A stretch of DNA of 33,117 bases, taken from contig CAYVDI010000004.1 of the NCBI GenBank assembly GCA_964450795.1, positions 4,207-37,323 of the forward strand. Reading direction: 5' to 3'. This DNA comes from an uncultured Bdellovibrionales bacterium (GTDB lineage Bacteria; Patescibacteriota; Minisyncoccia; Moranbacterales; UBA1568). Shown here piece by piece: positions 8,378 through 15,127 of this stretch. Under the pieces are notes generated by a model. It had not been told where the DNA came from. It saw only the letters and a list, made by a program, of their open reading frames with translations, and ran no database searches. The stretch's first letter is position 1. Each line of letters opens with the position of its first letter. The translations under genes and the position numbers were made by a program.

Positions 8378-8415
8378 ACCGCTTCGTCATGTTGACCGAA
8401 GCGGTTTTCGTTTGT
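8378..8415. terminator. Bidirectional intrinsic terminator (rtcB on +, RHH gene on -)
   Basis: ACCGCTTCG..TCA pairs with TGA.CCGAAGCGGT, a stem of about 12 bp with one bulge. TTTTCGTTTG follows on the + strand. An A-rich run (agaaaag) precedes it, which gives a T-run on the minus strand. Confidence 0.7.
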
Positions 8416-8450
8416 GTGGAGACTTCCGGTCTTATTCAAGACCAAGAAAG

Positions 8451-8732
8451 TTACACATCATTGTTTCGACGTACCTGGACAAGTTGCAGGAAAATCCTGA
8501 TAGACATCGGCCTTCCGAGCGCTTTGATAACAGGAATCATTCCTTCAACATCCTCGACTGTCAACAAGGTATCGTGATTTGACTCGGAAGTACCCTGCCC
8601 CTGCGAAGCAAGGTATTGCTCAACAGCCTGATTGATGAGGTTTGAAACCGTTGATCCATCCCTCTCCGCCAACTTCTTCAATGCCAATTGAGATTCCTTG
8701 GACAATCTAACCGTTACAGGAGCCTTTGTCAC
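8451..8732 (-). CDS. Ribbon-helix-helix (CopG/Arc/MetJ-like) DNA-binding protein with an unassigned C-terminal half
   Basis: A GTG start at 8732 is preceded by a strong SD (GGAGGTGAT, 7-nt spacing). The N-terminus APVTVRLSKESQLALKKLAERDGSTVSNLINQAVEQYL fits the RHH beta-strand plus two helices. The gene is visibly AT-richer than its neighbours. Confidence 0.7.
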   Translation of the reverse strand: MTKAPVTVRLSKESQLALKKLAERDGSTVSNLINQAVEQYLASQGQGTSESNHDTLLTVEDVEGMIPVIKALGRPMSIRIFLQLVQVRRNNDV

Positions 8733-8782
8733 GGTATCACCTCCATATGAAAATGTTAAAAAAGCAATTTTACTGACCTAGG

Positions 8783-8811
8783 AAAATAGCACGATTCATC
8801 GATTTTGTCAA
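8783..8811 (-). promoter_or_regulatory. Sigma70-type promoter of the RHH gene (TTGACA-17 nt-TATTTT on the minus strand)
   Basis: The + strand reads tgtcaa at 8806-8811 and aaaata at 8783-8788, with a 17-nt spacer. The -35 overlaps the stop codon of the O-antigen-ligase-family gene. Confidence 0.55.
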
Positions 8812-10124
8812 TACTTTCGCGCCACGAATCCGGCGAGCAGGAAGAAAAATAATAGCCCGAAATGCGATGACCAGAACCAGTGGTCGAGGAGGAGGCTCGG
8901 AAGAAGAATGAGAAGGATTGCGGATTTTTGGCTGAAGATTCTTGATCGAAAGACAGAAACCAGGAAGCCGACAAACAGGATCAAACCGATCACTCCAAGC
9001 TCGGCGAAAACGAGCGCAAAAACGTTATGCGCCGGCTGAACGCTCCAGACGGGACGAGTCGGCTCGTTTTCCATGACCACCTTCGTGAAGTTTCCCGCAC
9101 CGACCCCGATGATCGGATGCGCCGCGATGAGCGTCTTCGCATCGGCAAGCGACACGATCCGTTCCGATACCGATCCTTCCCGCGTGATCGTCGCCCCGTC
9201 GAACCGCGGAAATATCTGGTCGCGGAGAACAAAAACGAACATGAATAAGGCAAGAGCAAGTACCCCGAGTATCCGCGCACGCTGTTTTCCCCATACGTGA
9301 TACCTGATACAAGACACACAATACGCGACGATTCCCATCGCCGCTCCCAGCCATGCCGCGCGGGAGAACGTGAGGATGAGACCCAAGAGAAGAATGGCGA
9401 ATGAGGAATAGCAAATGATGAATGAAAACCACGATTCCCGATTCCGTATACGTGATATGTGATACGAAATACCCAATACGAAAACTGCCGCCAAGAATCC
9501 CCCGAGCATGTTCGGATGTGGAAAGGATCCATATGCGCGGAGAAAGCGCTCCGTCTCGAGTTTGAGCACCGACGTTCCTGCCCACCACGATTCATGGGTG
9601 CTCATACCGAGGAGTGCGGACGCCGGACTCGACTGATAGAGAAACTGCCCTACCGCAAGCATGCTTTGCAGCACCGCCGCCGCGAGCAGGACTTTCACCG
9701 CGGTTTTCATGTCCACATCATCCAATGACCGGACAAGAAAAAACACGCCAGCCCCGAGAAGAAGCTTCACGAAGAAGTACCCTGCAAGCACGGCATCCTG
9801 CACCCAGAAAATAGAAAGACCGGACCAGAGAACAAGAAGGATAAGGGCTGTATCTTGTATTTTGTATTTCGTATTATGTATTTCCCCATACGTGATACCT
9901 GATACGAGATACTTGATACCAAACACGCGATGTTTCTTCAACCAACCAAAAACAACAAACACCAATGCACCAACCACGAACACGTCGGTTAAATACACCC
10001 CGATCGTTCCGTACTGCCACTTCTCCCCGTTCACAAACGGTTCGCGCAGCAAAAGCACCGTCTGGGACGGAAGAAGGAAGAGAAAGGAAAAAAATAGGTT
10101 TCTTGAAAGTTTCTTGAAGTCCAT
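8808..10124 (-). CDS. O-antigen ligase family protein (Wzy_C domain), carrying three repeat-derived insertions
   Basis: It is a polytopic protein. Wzy_C-type motifs are LRAYGSFPHPNMLGGFLA and TFSRAAWLGAAMG. Three loop segments (CIRYHVWGK, GISYHISRIRN, GIKYLVSGITYGEIHNTKYKIQDT) are encoded by GTAT/ATAC heptad arrays. Confidence 0.85.
   Translation of the reverse strand: MDFKKLSRNLFFSFLFLLPSQTVLLLREPFVNGEKWQYGTIGVYLTDVFVVGALVFVVFGWLKKHRVFGIKYLVSGITYGEIHNTKYKIQDTALILLVLWSGLSIFWVQDAVLAGYFFVKLLLGAGVFFLVRSLDDVDMKTAVKVLLAAAVLQSMLAVGQFLYQSSPASALLGMSTHESWWAGTSVLKLETERFLRAYGSFPHPNMLGGFLAAVFVLGISYHISRIRNRESWFSFIICYSSFAILLLGLILTFSRAAWLGAAMGIVAYCVSCIRYHVWGKQRARILGVLALALFMFVFVLRDQIFPRFDGATITREGSVSERIVSLADAKTLIAAHPIIGVGAGNFTKVVMENEPTRPVWSVQPAHNVFALVFAELGVIGLILFVGFLVSVFRSRIFSQKSAILLILLPSLLLDHWFWSSHFGLLFFFLLAGFVARKY
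9290..9324 (+). repeat. Heptad array B (five nnnATAC units) inside the Wzy_C CDS
   Basis: The array reads CCCATAC GTGATAC CTGATAC AAGACAC ACAATAC. Positions 9286-9310 are identical to 9881-9905. Confidence 0.9.
9445..9479 (+). repeat. Heptad array C (five nnnATAC units) inside the Wzy_C CDS
   Basis: The array reads CGTATAC GTGATAT GTGATAC GAAATAC CCAATAC. Confidence 0.85.
9850..9926 (+). repeat. Heptad array D: five GTATnnn units followed in phase by six nnnATAC units (imperfect 77-nt palindrome) inside the Wzy_C CDS
   Basis: The array reads GTATCTT GTATTTT GTATTTC GTATTAT GTATTTC CCCATAC GTGATAC CTGATAC GAGATAC TTGATAC CAAACAC. Confidence 0.9.
10098..10119 (+). repeat. Tandem 11-mer (GTTTCTTGAAA GTTTCTTGAAG) at codons 3-10 of the Wzy_C gene
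   Basis: Two adjacent 11-nt copies match at 10 of 11 positions. On the coding strand they read TTCAAGAAACT TTCAAGAAACC directly after ATG GAC. Confidence 0.8.
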
Positions 10125-10162
10125 ACATTGCTTATACTAGCACTTTTTGCTACCCTGCGCAT

Positions 10163-10783
10163 ATGCGATTCATCACCATTTCCGGTGTTGACGGATCCGG
10201 AAAATCAACCCAGCTCGCACTCCTCAGGGCGCATCTCGAAAAGACCGGGAAAAAGGCCGCCGTTTTCAATGCGGTCGAATTCTCGCTCGCGAACCGTCTC
10301 GCCCGTTTATTCAAAGGAGACAAGACATTCGAACCGGGAAAGGAAAAGGCTGTCACGAAGGCTTCGTGGCTGTCCGTCGCCCTCCGGGAAAAATTCCTCT
10401 TCGTCGACTTCATCCGTTTCCACTTTTTCAGGCGAAGACTCGAAAGGCAAGGATTCGACTTTCTCCTCTCCGACCGTTCGTTCTACGATTCGCTCATCAA
10501 CATCGCTTACCTTTCCGACTCCCGGGTTCTTCGGTTCGGGATGCGGACTCTCGAAGCATTTCTCCCCAAGACCGATACGGCTCTGTACCTGGATATCTCC
10601 CCGGAAGTCGTCATGCGTCGCGATCGGATACCCGAACAAGGAATGGACTACCTCGCTCGGAAGCGCTCACTCTTTCTTGAGAACCGTAACCGGTGGGGTC
10701 TCGTCACCATTGATGCGGATCAGCCGAAGGAAACCGTTTTTTCGGAAATACGGCGCCAGACAAAACTCGCAGGAGACGCTTGA
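10163..10783 (+). CDS. Thymidylate kinase family protein (dTMP-kinase-like P-loop kinase)
   Basis: The N-terminal P-loop is MRFITISGVDGSGKSTQ. It has a DR..Y motif (DRSFYDSL) and a LID-like YLDISPEVVMRRDR. The length of about 206 aa is typical of Tmk. Confidence 0.7.
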   Translation: MRFITISGVDGSGKSTQLALLRAHLEKTGKKAAVFNAVEFSLANRLARLFKGDKTFEPGKEKAVTKASWLSVALREKFLFVDFIRFHFFRRRLERQGFDFLLSDRSFYDSLINIAYLSDSRVLRFGMRTLEAFLPKTDTALYLDISPEVVMRRDRIPEQGMDYLARKRSLFLENRNRWGLVTIDADQPKETVFSEIRRQTKLAGDA

Positions 10784-10808
10784 CAGGGATCTTCCGCTGC
10801 GATACAAT
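10780..10808 (+). promoter_or_regulatory. Perfect consensus sigma70 promoter (TTGACA-17 nt-TACAAT)
   Basis: TTGACA lies at 10780-10785, followed by a 17-nt spacer and TACAAT at 10803-10808. It overlaps the last codons of the kinase-like gene. No convincing ORF follows for about 350 nt. Confidence 0.65.
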
Positions 10809-10814
10809 ATCTCA

Positions 10815-11135
10815 GCTGTCCTTTTTCGGAATCAGCTTCCGGAAAGCGCTTTCTCTGTGAGAAATCGGTTTCCGGAAGCGGAGATGCACGAAGTGTCGCA
10901 ATTTCGGGCGGCGAACACGTCGGGAGACCGGATTACCACTCCTGGTTGACGGTTCCCCATGATCGGCGAATGTGGTCCGGTGAGCAGGCAAGGTGACAGT
11001 CCACTGTGGCGCGCCAAGGCCGATGCTCCCGAAACCCATCCGATCCACGTCGTTACGCCCCTCGGCTCCGACACGCATTTCCGCTTCCGCCCCACTTCCA
11101 AGGCTTCCCAACGCGGCGGCCTTTTTTCTTTTTCC
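10815..11135 (+). ncRNA. Candidate structured RNA (free-standing sRNA or long cis-regulatory leader of the flippase gene); class not recognised
   Basis: It starts about 7 nt after the consensus -10. A 19-bp hairpin spans 10835-10879. A long-range helix pairs 10874-10887 with 11075-11088 (14 bp, one G-U) and 10893-10898 with 11069-11074 (6 bp). It ends in a T6CT5 tract. Only low-quality ORFs cover this region. Confidence 0.45.
11100..11135 (+). terminator. Candidate intrinsic terminator ending the structured RNA or leader
   Basis: A short GC stem is possible, either AAGGC 11100-11104 with GCCTT 11119-11123 or CCGCC 11087-11091 with GGCGG 11115-11119. TTTTTTCTTTTT follows, about 25 nt before the flippase ATG. 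Confidence 0.45.
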
Positions 11136-11159
11136 AGGAATTTCCGCTAGAATAAGGAT

Positions 11160-12641
11160 ATGAAAAACTTCTCAAAAGCGCTCGTGTGGCTGACCGCCTC
11201 CGAAATCGTTTTCAATCTTGCCGGCTACGTCGTCCAATCGGCGGTCGGACGGATCCTCGGTCCCGCAGACTACGGCCGATACGGCATCATCGTCACGCTG
11301 ACGACCATGATCATCATCCTCGTCGGAAACGGTATCCCGACAGCGATGTCGAAATATCTCTCCGAGATCATGGAGCGCGACCCCGCACAGATTCCCGGCA
11401 TAAAACGCCAGGCGCTCCGCCTGCAAACGATACTCATGCTTGGCGTCACGGCCGTCTTCTTTCTTTCATCCCCGCTGATCGCGTTTCTCCTCCATGATCC
11501 GAGCCTGACACCCCTCTTCCAGCTTTCCTCGCTTATCATTCCCTCGTTCGCCGCAGCGTCCTTCTACTTCTACTATTACACCGGGCTTCATTTCTTCCGT
11601 CTCCAGGCGATGCTCAAGATGACCCGCGGCCTTGCCCGCATCCTCTTCATCGTCGGATTCACCTACTTCTTCGGAGTGAAAGGAGCCGTTTCCGGATACA
11701 TCGCCGCACCACTCCTCGTCTTCGCGATCGCTTTCGTCGCCGATAGGCTTTTCACGCACCGTTACTTTCCCGAGACGAGAGCGCAGAAATCGGAAGTCGC
11801 CGCCTTTTCCTCAAAAAAAATTCTCCTGTACGCCTGGCCGCTCACACTCTTCCTTCTCTTCTATGAGCTTATCACCACCATCGACCTCTACCTCGTGAAG
11901 AGCATCCTCCAAAGCGACTACCAGACCGGACTCTACAACGCCGCCATCACCGTCGGCCGGATCCCCTACTATCTCTTCTATGCGCTCACCATCATCCTTC
12001 TGCCAGCGATATCGAAGACGACCGCCGAGCGGAACCACGAGGAGACTGAACGCCTCGTCAACAGGTCGCTCCGACTCCTTATCCTCCTCCTTTTCCCGAT
12101 GGTCACCCTCCTCATCGCATACACCCCGCAAGTCCTCGACCTCTTCTATGGCGCACGGTATGCGGCGGCAACCGTCCCGATGCGGATCTTCACGCTCGGT
12201 GTCGGATTCATGACGGTTTTCTACGTCCTCTCGTTCGCGCTCAACGGCGCCGGACTCGTGAAAATCCCGATGAAGCTTTCCCTGTATGGCCTCGTCGGTT
12301 CCGTCGCCCTGAACATCCTGTTCATCCCACGGTTCGGTCTTGTAGGCGCAGCCGGAGCGACCACCCTCGCTTCGCTCGTACTCATGATCGGAATCCTCAT
12401 TGCCACCGAACGACACTTCAAGGTGAAAGTCTCCGGACTCGCCGTTTTCCGCTCGATCATGGCGGCTTCTCTCATATTCTCCCTCGCCTTTCTTCTTCCA
12501 GAACGACACCTGTTCTTCATCGCATCCGGAATCGTGCTTTTTGTCGGTTATTTCTGGTTTTTACGGCTTATCGGCGAGCTTTCCGATGAAGACCTTTCCC
12601 CGATCAAAAAACTCCTCAGCGGAAAAGGATCTGCCAAATGA
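11160..12641 (+). CDS. Polysaccharide/oligosaccharide flippase (Wzx-like, MOP superfamily)
   Basis: It is 493 aa with about 14 hydrophobic helices. The N-terminus is typical of Polysacc_synt proteins (KALVWLTASEIVFNLAGYVVQSAVGRILGPADYGRYG). An SD-like AAGGA lies 4 nt upstream of the ATG. Confidence 0.85.
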   Translation: MKNFSKALVWLTASEIVFNLAGYVVQSAVGRILGPADYGRYGIIVTLTTMIIILVGNGIPTAMSKYLSEIMERDPAQIPGIKRQALRLQTILMLGVTAVFFLSSPLIAFLLHDPSLTPLFQLSSLIIPSFAAASFYFYYYTGLHFFRLQAMLKMTRGLARILFIVGFTYFFGVKGAVSGYIAAPLLVFAIAFVADRLFTHRYFPETRAQKSEVAAFSSKKILLYAWPLTLFLLFYELITTIDLYLVKSILQSDYQTGLYNAAITVGRIPYYLFYALTIILLPAISKTTAERNHEETERLVNRSLRLLILLLFPMVTLLIAYTPQVLDLFYGARYAAATVPMRIFTLGVGFMTVFYVLSFALNGAGLVKIPMKLSLYGLVGSVALNILFIPRFGLVGAAGATTLASLVLMIGILIATERHFKVKVSGLAVFRSIMAASLIFSLAFLLPERHLFFIASGIVLFVGYFWFLRLIGELSDEDLSPIKKLLSGKGSAK

Positions 12642-12647
12642 CGGCTC

Positions 12648-12676
12648 TTGACGGGAAATGAACAACATGCTACACT
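12648..12676 (+). promoter_or_regulatory. Candidate promoter of orphan gene 1 (TTGACG-17 nt-TACACT)
   Basis: TTGACG lies at 12648-12653 and TACACT at 12671-12676. It shares the 10-mer TTGACGGGAA with the promoter at 13054. Confidence 0.5.
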
Positions 12677-12730
12677 ATCCGAGTCCCAGAAGGACTTTTT
12701 TATTTGTTCACAATAAGGAAGGAGATAGTA

Positions 12731-12985
12731 GTGAACCATGAAGAAAGGAAAGAAGTGATACTTCACATCGTTTACAGCATCGTATGCCAGAAGCAGGGCC
12801 GGCAACGGTGCAGTCACGATCAAGTATTTCTGGAATGGTGCGCCGAATATGCGACCATCATCAAGGAACTCTTCACCACTGAACTCGTGGAACAATACCG
12901 GGACGCAGTGATCGCCGAGGACAAGATGAGGATCACGCAAGACCTCGCTGAGAAATTCTTGGAGAGTACCGCACTCGCCGCCTGA
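12731..12985 (+). CDS. Hypothetical small protein (orphan, about 85 aa, predicted helical)
   Basis: A GTG at 12731 sits 5 nt after AAGGAAGGAGA (12715-12725); the ORF track start is TTG 12704. It has its own promoter and a strong terminator. No family was recognised. Confidence 0.45.
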   Translation: MNHEERKEVILHIVYSIVCQKQGRQRCSHDQVFLEWCAEYATIIKELFTTELVEQYRDAVIAEDKMRITQDLAEKFLESTALAA

Positions 12986-12995
12986 AATCAGGCCG

Positions 12996-13038
12996 AAGGC
13001 CGCACCCGATATCGTTCGGGTACGGCCTTTCTCTTTTC
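12996..13038 (+). terminator. Strong intrinsic terminator
   Basis: AAGGCCGCACCCGA (12996-13009) pairs with TCGGGTACGGCCTT (13016-13029), giving 14 bp with one mismatch and a 6-nt loop. TCTCTTTTC follows. Confidence 0.7.
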
Positions 13039-13053
13039 ATCACGTTTCGGAAA

Positions 13054-13082
13054 TTGACGGGAACAGGATAAAATGATATAAG
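13054..13082 (+). promoter_or_regulatory. Candidate promoter of orphan gene 2 (TTGACG-17 nt-TATAAG)
   Basis: TTGACG lies at 13054-13059 and TATAAG at 13077-13082. Confidence 0.5.
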
Positions 13083-13151
13083 GAATCGAAACCTCGGTTC
13101 GGTTTCAAGGGGAAGTTCTTTGTCGCCTTTTTTTTATTTCTGGAGAAAAAC

Positions 13152-13466
13152 ATGAGCAAGAAAGCTCATCATCCGACACTTTCAGACGAACAGCTCGTCG
13201 CCGCAGTCGCCGACATCGCGCGGTCCAACGGACCAAACATCGGGAGAAGCTTTTTGCAGAAAATCGACAACGGCGAGGTACGCATAAAACGGATCCTTCC
13301 GAATAATGAGCAGTGCATCTGCCAGATCCGCGGCATGAGCTACTGCATCTGTCTGAATGAGAACAAGCCGAGCATCAGGATATTCGATCCGGCGTATACC
13401 GCCCGAGGAGACGGATGTCGGGCTATCGGCCACGGCGGCGCCGGGAGAACGACCGAGAATCGTTGA
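13152..13466 (+). CDS. Hypothetical small protein (orphan, 104 aa) with a CxC-x8-CxC cluster
   Basis: The ATG is preceded by GGAGAAAAAC. It has its own promoter and a downstream terminator. The Cys cluster is CICQIRGMSYCIC. The C-terminal 25 aa are low complexity, so the coding status is moderately uncertain. Confidence 0.45.
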   Translation: MSKKAHHPTLSDEQLVAAVADIARSNGPNIGRSFLQKIDNGEVRIKRILPNNEQCICQIRGMSYCICLNENKPSIRIFDPAYTARGDGCRAIGHGGAGRTTENR

Positions 13467-13485
13467 CCCCGCCGATACCCACTGG

Positions 13486-13527
13486 AAAAACCCCACAGGA
13501 AACACCTGCTGGGGTTTTCGCTTTTTC
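13486..13527. terminator. Bidirectional intrinsic terminator between convergent genes
   Basis: CCCCA-CAGG (13491-13499) pairs with CCTG-c-TGGGG (13505-13514), giving 9 bp with one bulged C. It is flanked by A5 upstream and TTTTCGCTTTTT downstream. Confidence 0.6.
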
Positions 13528-13552
13528 CGTACCCGGAAGATCCGAGCGATTC

Positions 13553-15121
13553 CTACTGGGACACCTTCCACCGGAATACCGAGACGTCTCCACGGATGAG
13601 CGGGTGACTCTGCCGCTCCATATTCTTCTCGATGAACCGTTCTGCCGCGGAGGAAACATAATCCATATCGTTGTCCGATGCGATGAACCACCCCGAAGGA
13701 TGCCTGGCCATGAAGGCCTGGATCTCTTCGACTGAAAGTTTCGATGTAGAGAGTTCGCCTCCGAAATCAAGCACCTCGGTCCCCGTCCCGGACCAGTAGT
13801 AATTCCGGAAGTTCCGCGCCACAAGCGCATCCACCTCGCTCCGGTTATTCCGGAAATACTGGTAGATCTTCCGATAATTCGCATTGCTTCCGGACGACGT
13901 CTCGTGATAGGTATTGTTTTCCCAGAACAGGTAGTATCCCCAGTTCGGGATGATCACGAACAGCACTGCCGTCGCCGCGCATGCGGCCCGCCTCCACCTC
14001 GAAGAGAACTCTTCCTTCACGAACCGGACGACCCCGTATCCGCCGATCGCCACGAGTATCGACATGAACGACTGCGCGAAGAAGATATACTGCTGTCCCT
14101 CGTTCCGTCGCCAAAACCACACCGCCATGAGAAGCGGCACGAGCGACGACGAAAGGAGCCACGCCGTCTCGCGTTCCTTCCCGAGCTTCCTTGCGAGATA
14201 CCACGCGCCGAAAACGAAGAGGAACACGCCGAGCACCGGATGCGCGAAGTCGCGAACGACGTATCGGAAATACGCGTAGTGATTATCGAACAGGACGAGC
14301 GCGCTGAAAAGCGACTTTACCTTTTCCGGGGCAACCGTCCATGAAACGATGGCGACTACGAGACCGAGTGCCGCCGTCGCCATATATTTGTCGCTTGTCC
14401 GGACTTTCCGCCGCCAGGAAATAACTATCATCGATCCGATGTACACGGCAAAGATCGGAACGATATTGACCGAGAGCTGATGCGTCTGAAAGGAAAGTAC
14501 TCCGAAGAGGGCGAGCGGGAGAATGAACATCGGATTGACCTCGAATTTTTCCCAAAATGTCCGAAGTATCTTTATCTTACCGGAATATGCCCGCTCGTAG
14601 AGAGCGAAGAGCGCGAGCGAAAAAGCCAGAAAGAGCGGAAAGAACATGGCGTACATTCTGAGCTTCCGATCGAACTCGACTCCTGGGACCGATACCGCGA
14701 ACAGGAACGCCGAAAAAAGACCGACGAGTTTCTTCCCGGAAAAGAACCATCCGGCGAAGAACATCGTGAGAATCGAAAGAACGCCCCAGAAGGCGGACAC
14801 GCTTCGAGCCACCCCCTCCGTCGGCGGAAGAAAGGAAAAGAGTTGTGCCACCTGCCACTTGTAGACATTCGCGCGCTCATCACGCGCCGCGTTGATATTC
14901 ACCTCGGAAGGACGGTTGAAATTGAAATCCCATGCCTTCCATTCCCCAGTCTTCGCATACCCGTATGAGGAATTGATATCGAGGAATTCGTCGGCGACGA
15001 ACGAGTTGTTCCCAAGCCCATAGAACCGGAGGCCGGCCCCGAAAAGGAGTATCCCCCCGAGGATGAGAAGCGTCTTCCTCCAAGAAAGTTTCTGCATACC
15101 GTTCATCATTAAAGATTTCAA
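13553..15121 (-). CDS. GT-C fold membrane glycosyltransferase (GT39/ArnT/PMT_2-like)
   Basis: It is polytopic, with a first-loop acidic motif NSFVADEFLDINSSYGY (the DE motif of polyprenyl-phosphate-dependent GT-C enzymes) and a soluble C-terminal domain. The start is ambiguous: TTG 15121 or ATG 15109/15106. It begins 6 nt after the upstream paralog-class gene. Confidence 0.8.
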   Translation of the reverse strand: MKSLMMNGMQKLSWRKTLLILGGILLFGAGLRFYGLGNNSFVADEFLDINSSYGYAKTGEWKAWDFNFNRPSEVNINAARDERANVYKWQVAQLFSFLPPTEGVARSVSAFWGVLSILTMFFAGWFFSGKKLVGLFSAFLFAVSVPGVEFDRKLRMYAMFFPLFLAFSLALFALYERAYSGKIKILRTFWEKFEVNPMFILPLALFGVLSFQTHQLSVNIVPIFAVYIGSMIVISWRRKVRTSDKYMATAALGLVVAIVSWTVAPEKVKSLFSALVLFDNHYAYFRYVVRDFAHPVLGVFLFVFGAWYLARKLGKERETAWLLSSSLVPLLMAVWFWRRNEGQQYIFFAQSFMSILVAIGGYGVVRFVKEEFSSRWRRAACAATAVLFVIIPNWGYYLFWENNTYHETSSGSNANYRKIYQYFRNNRSEVDALVARNFRNYYWSGTGTEVLDFGGELSTSKLSVEEIQAFMARHPSGWFIASDNDMDYVSSAAERFIEKNMERQSHPLIRGDVSVFRWKVSQ

Positions 15122-15127
15122 AAAGTC

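Noticed and set aside
8303-8807. Whether the RHH gene is the antitoxin of a type II toxin-antitoxin pair
   Set aside because: No second ORF of plausible toxin size lies up- or downstream on the same strand. The gene is bounded by its own promoter and a terminator. The unassigned C-terminal 45 aa could be a toxin remnant, but I cannot support that.
8296-9926. Whether the short periodic repeats could be a CRISPR array
   Set aside because: The period is 7 nt with no spacers, the arrays are only 35-77 nt long, and no cas genes are present. These are tandem heptads, not CRISPR repeats.
10960-11012. Local resemblance to SRP RNA domain IV (GGUCCGGUGAGCAGGCAAGG versus GGUCCGGAAGGAAGCAGCCAAGG), and weaker resemblances to E. 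coli 6S RNA, RNase P J11/12-P13, the cobalamin B12 box, ykkC and the ydaO 3' part
   Set aside because: The SRP-like stretch lacks 3 nt, including the GGAA tetraloop, and the helix that presents the AGCA loop cannot form. No GGAAAGUCC or ACAGAAnCCGGCUUA (RNase P) is present, nor a tRNA-like 3' end (tmRNA). The riboswitch-like strings are in the wrong order or incomplete. The RNA is reported as unclassified instead.
10959-11150. 63-aa ORF inside the candidate RNA region, plus minus-strand ORFs 10812..11111 and 10832..11101
   Set aside because: None has an SD or start context. The sequences are low complexity with no family resemblance, and the region is better explained by the promoter, long-range helix and terminator architecture.
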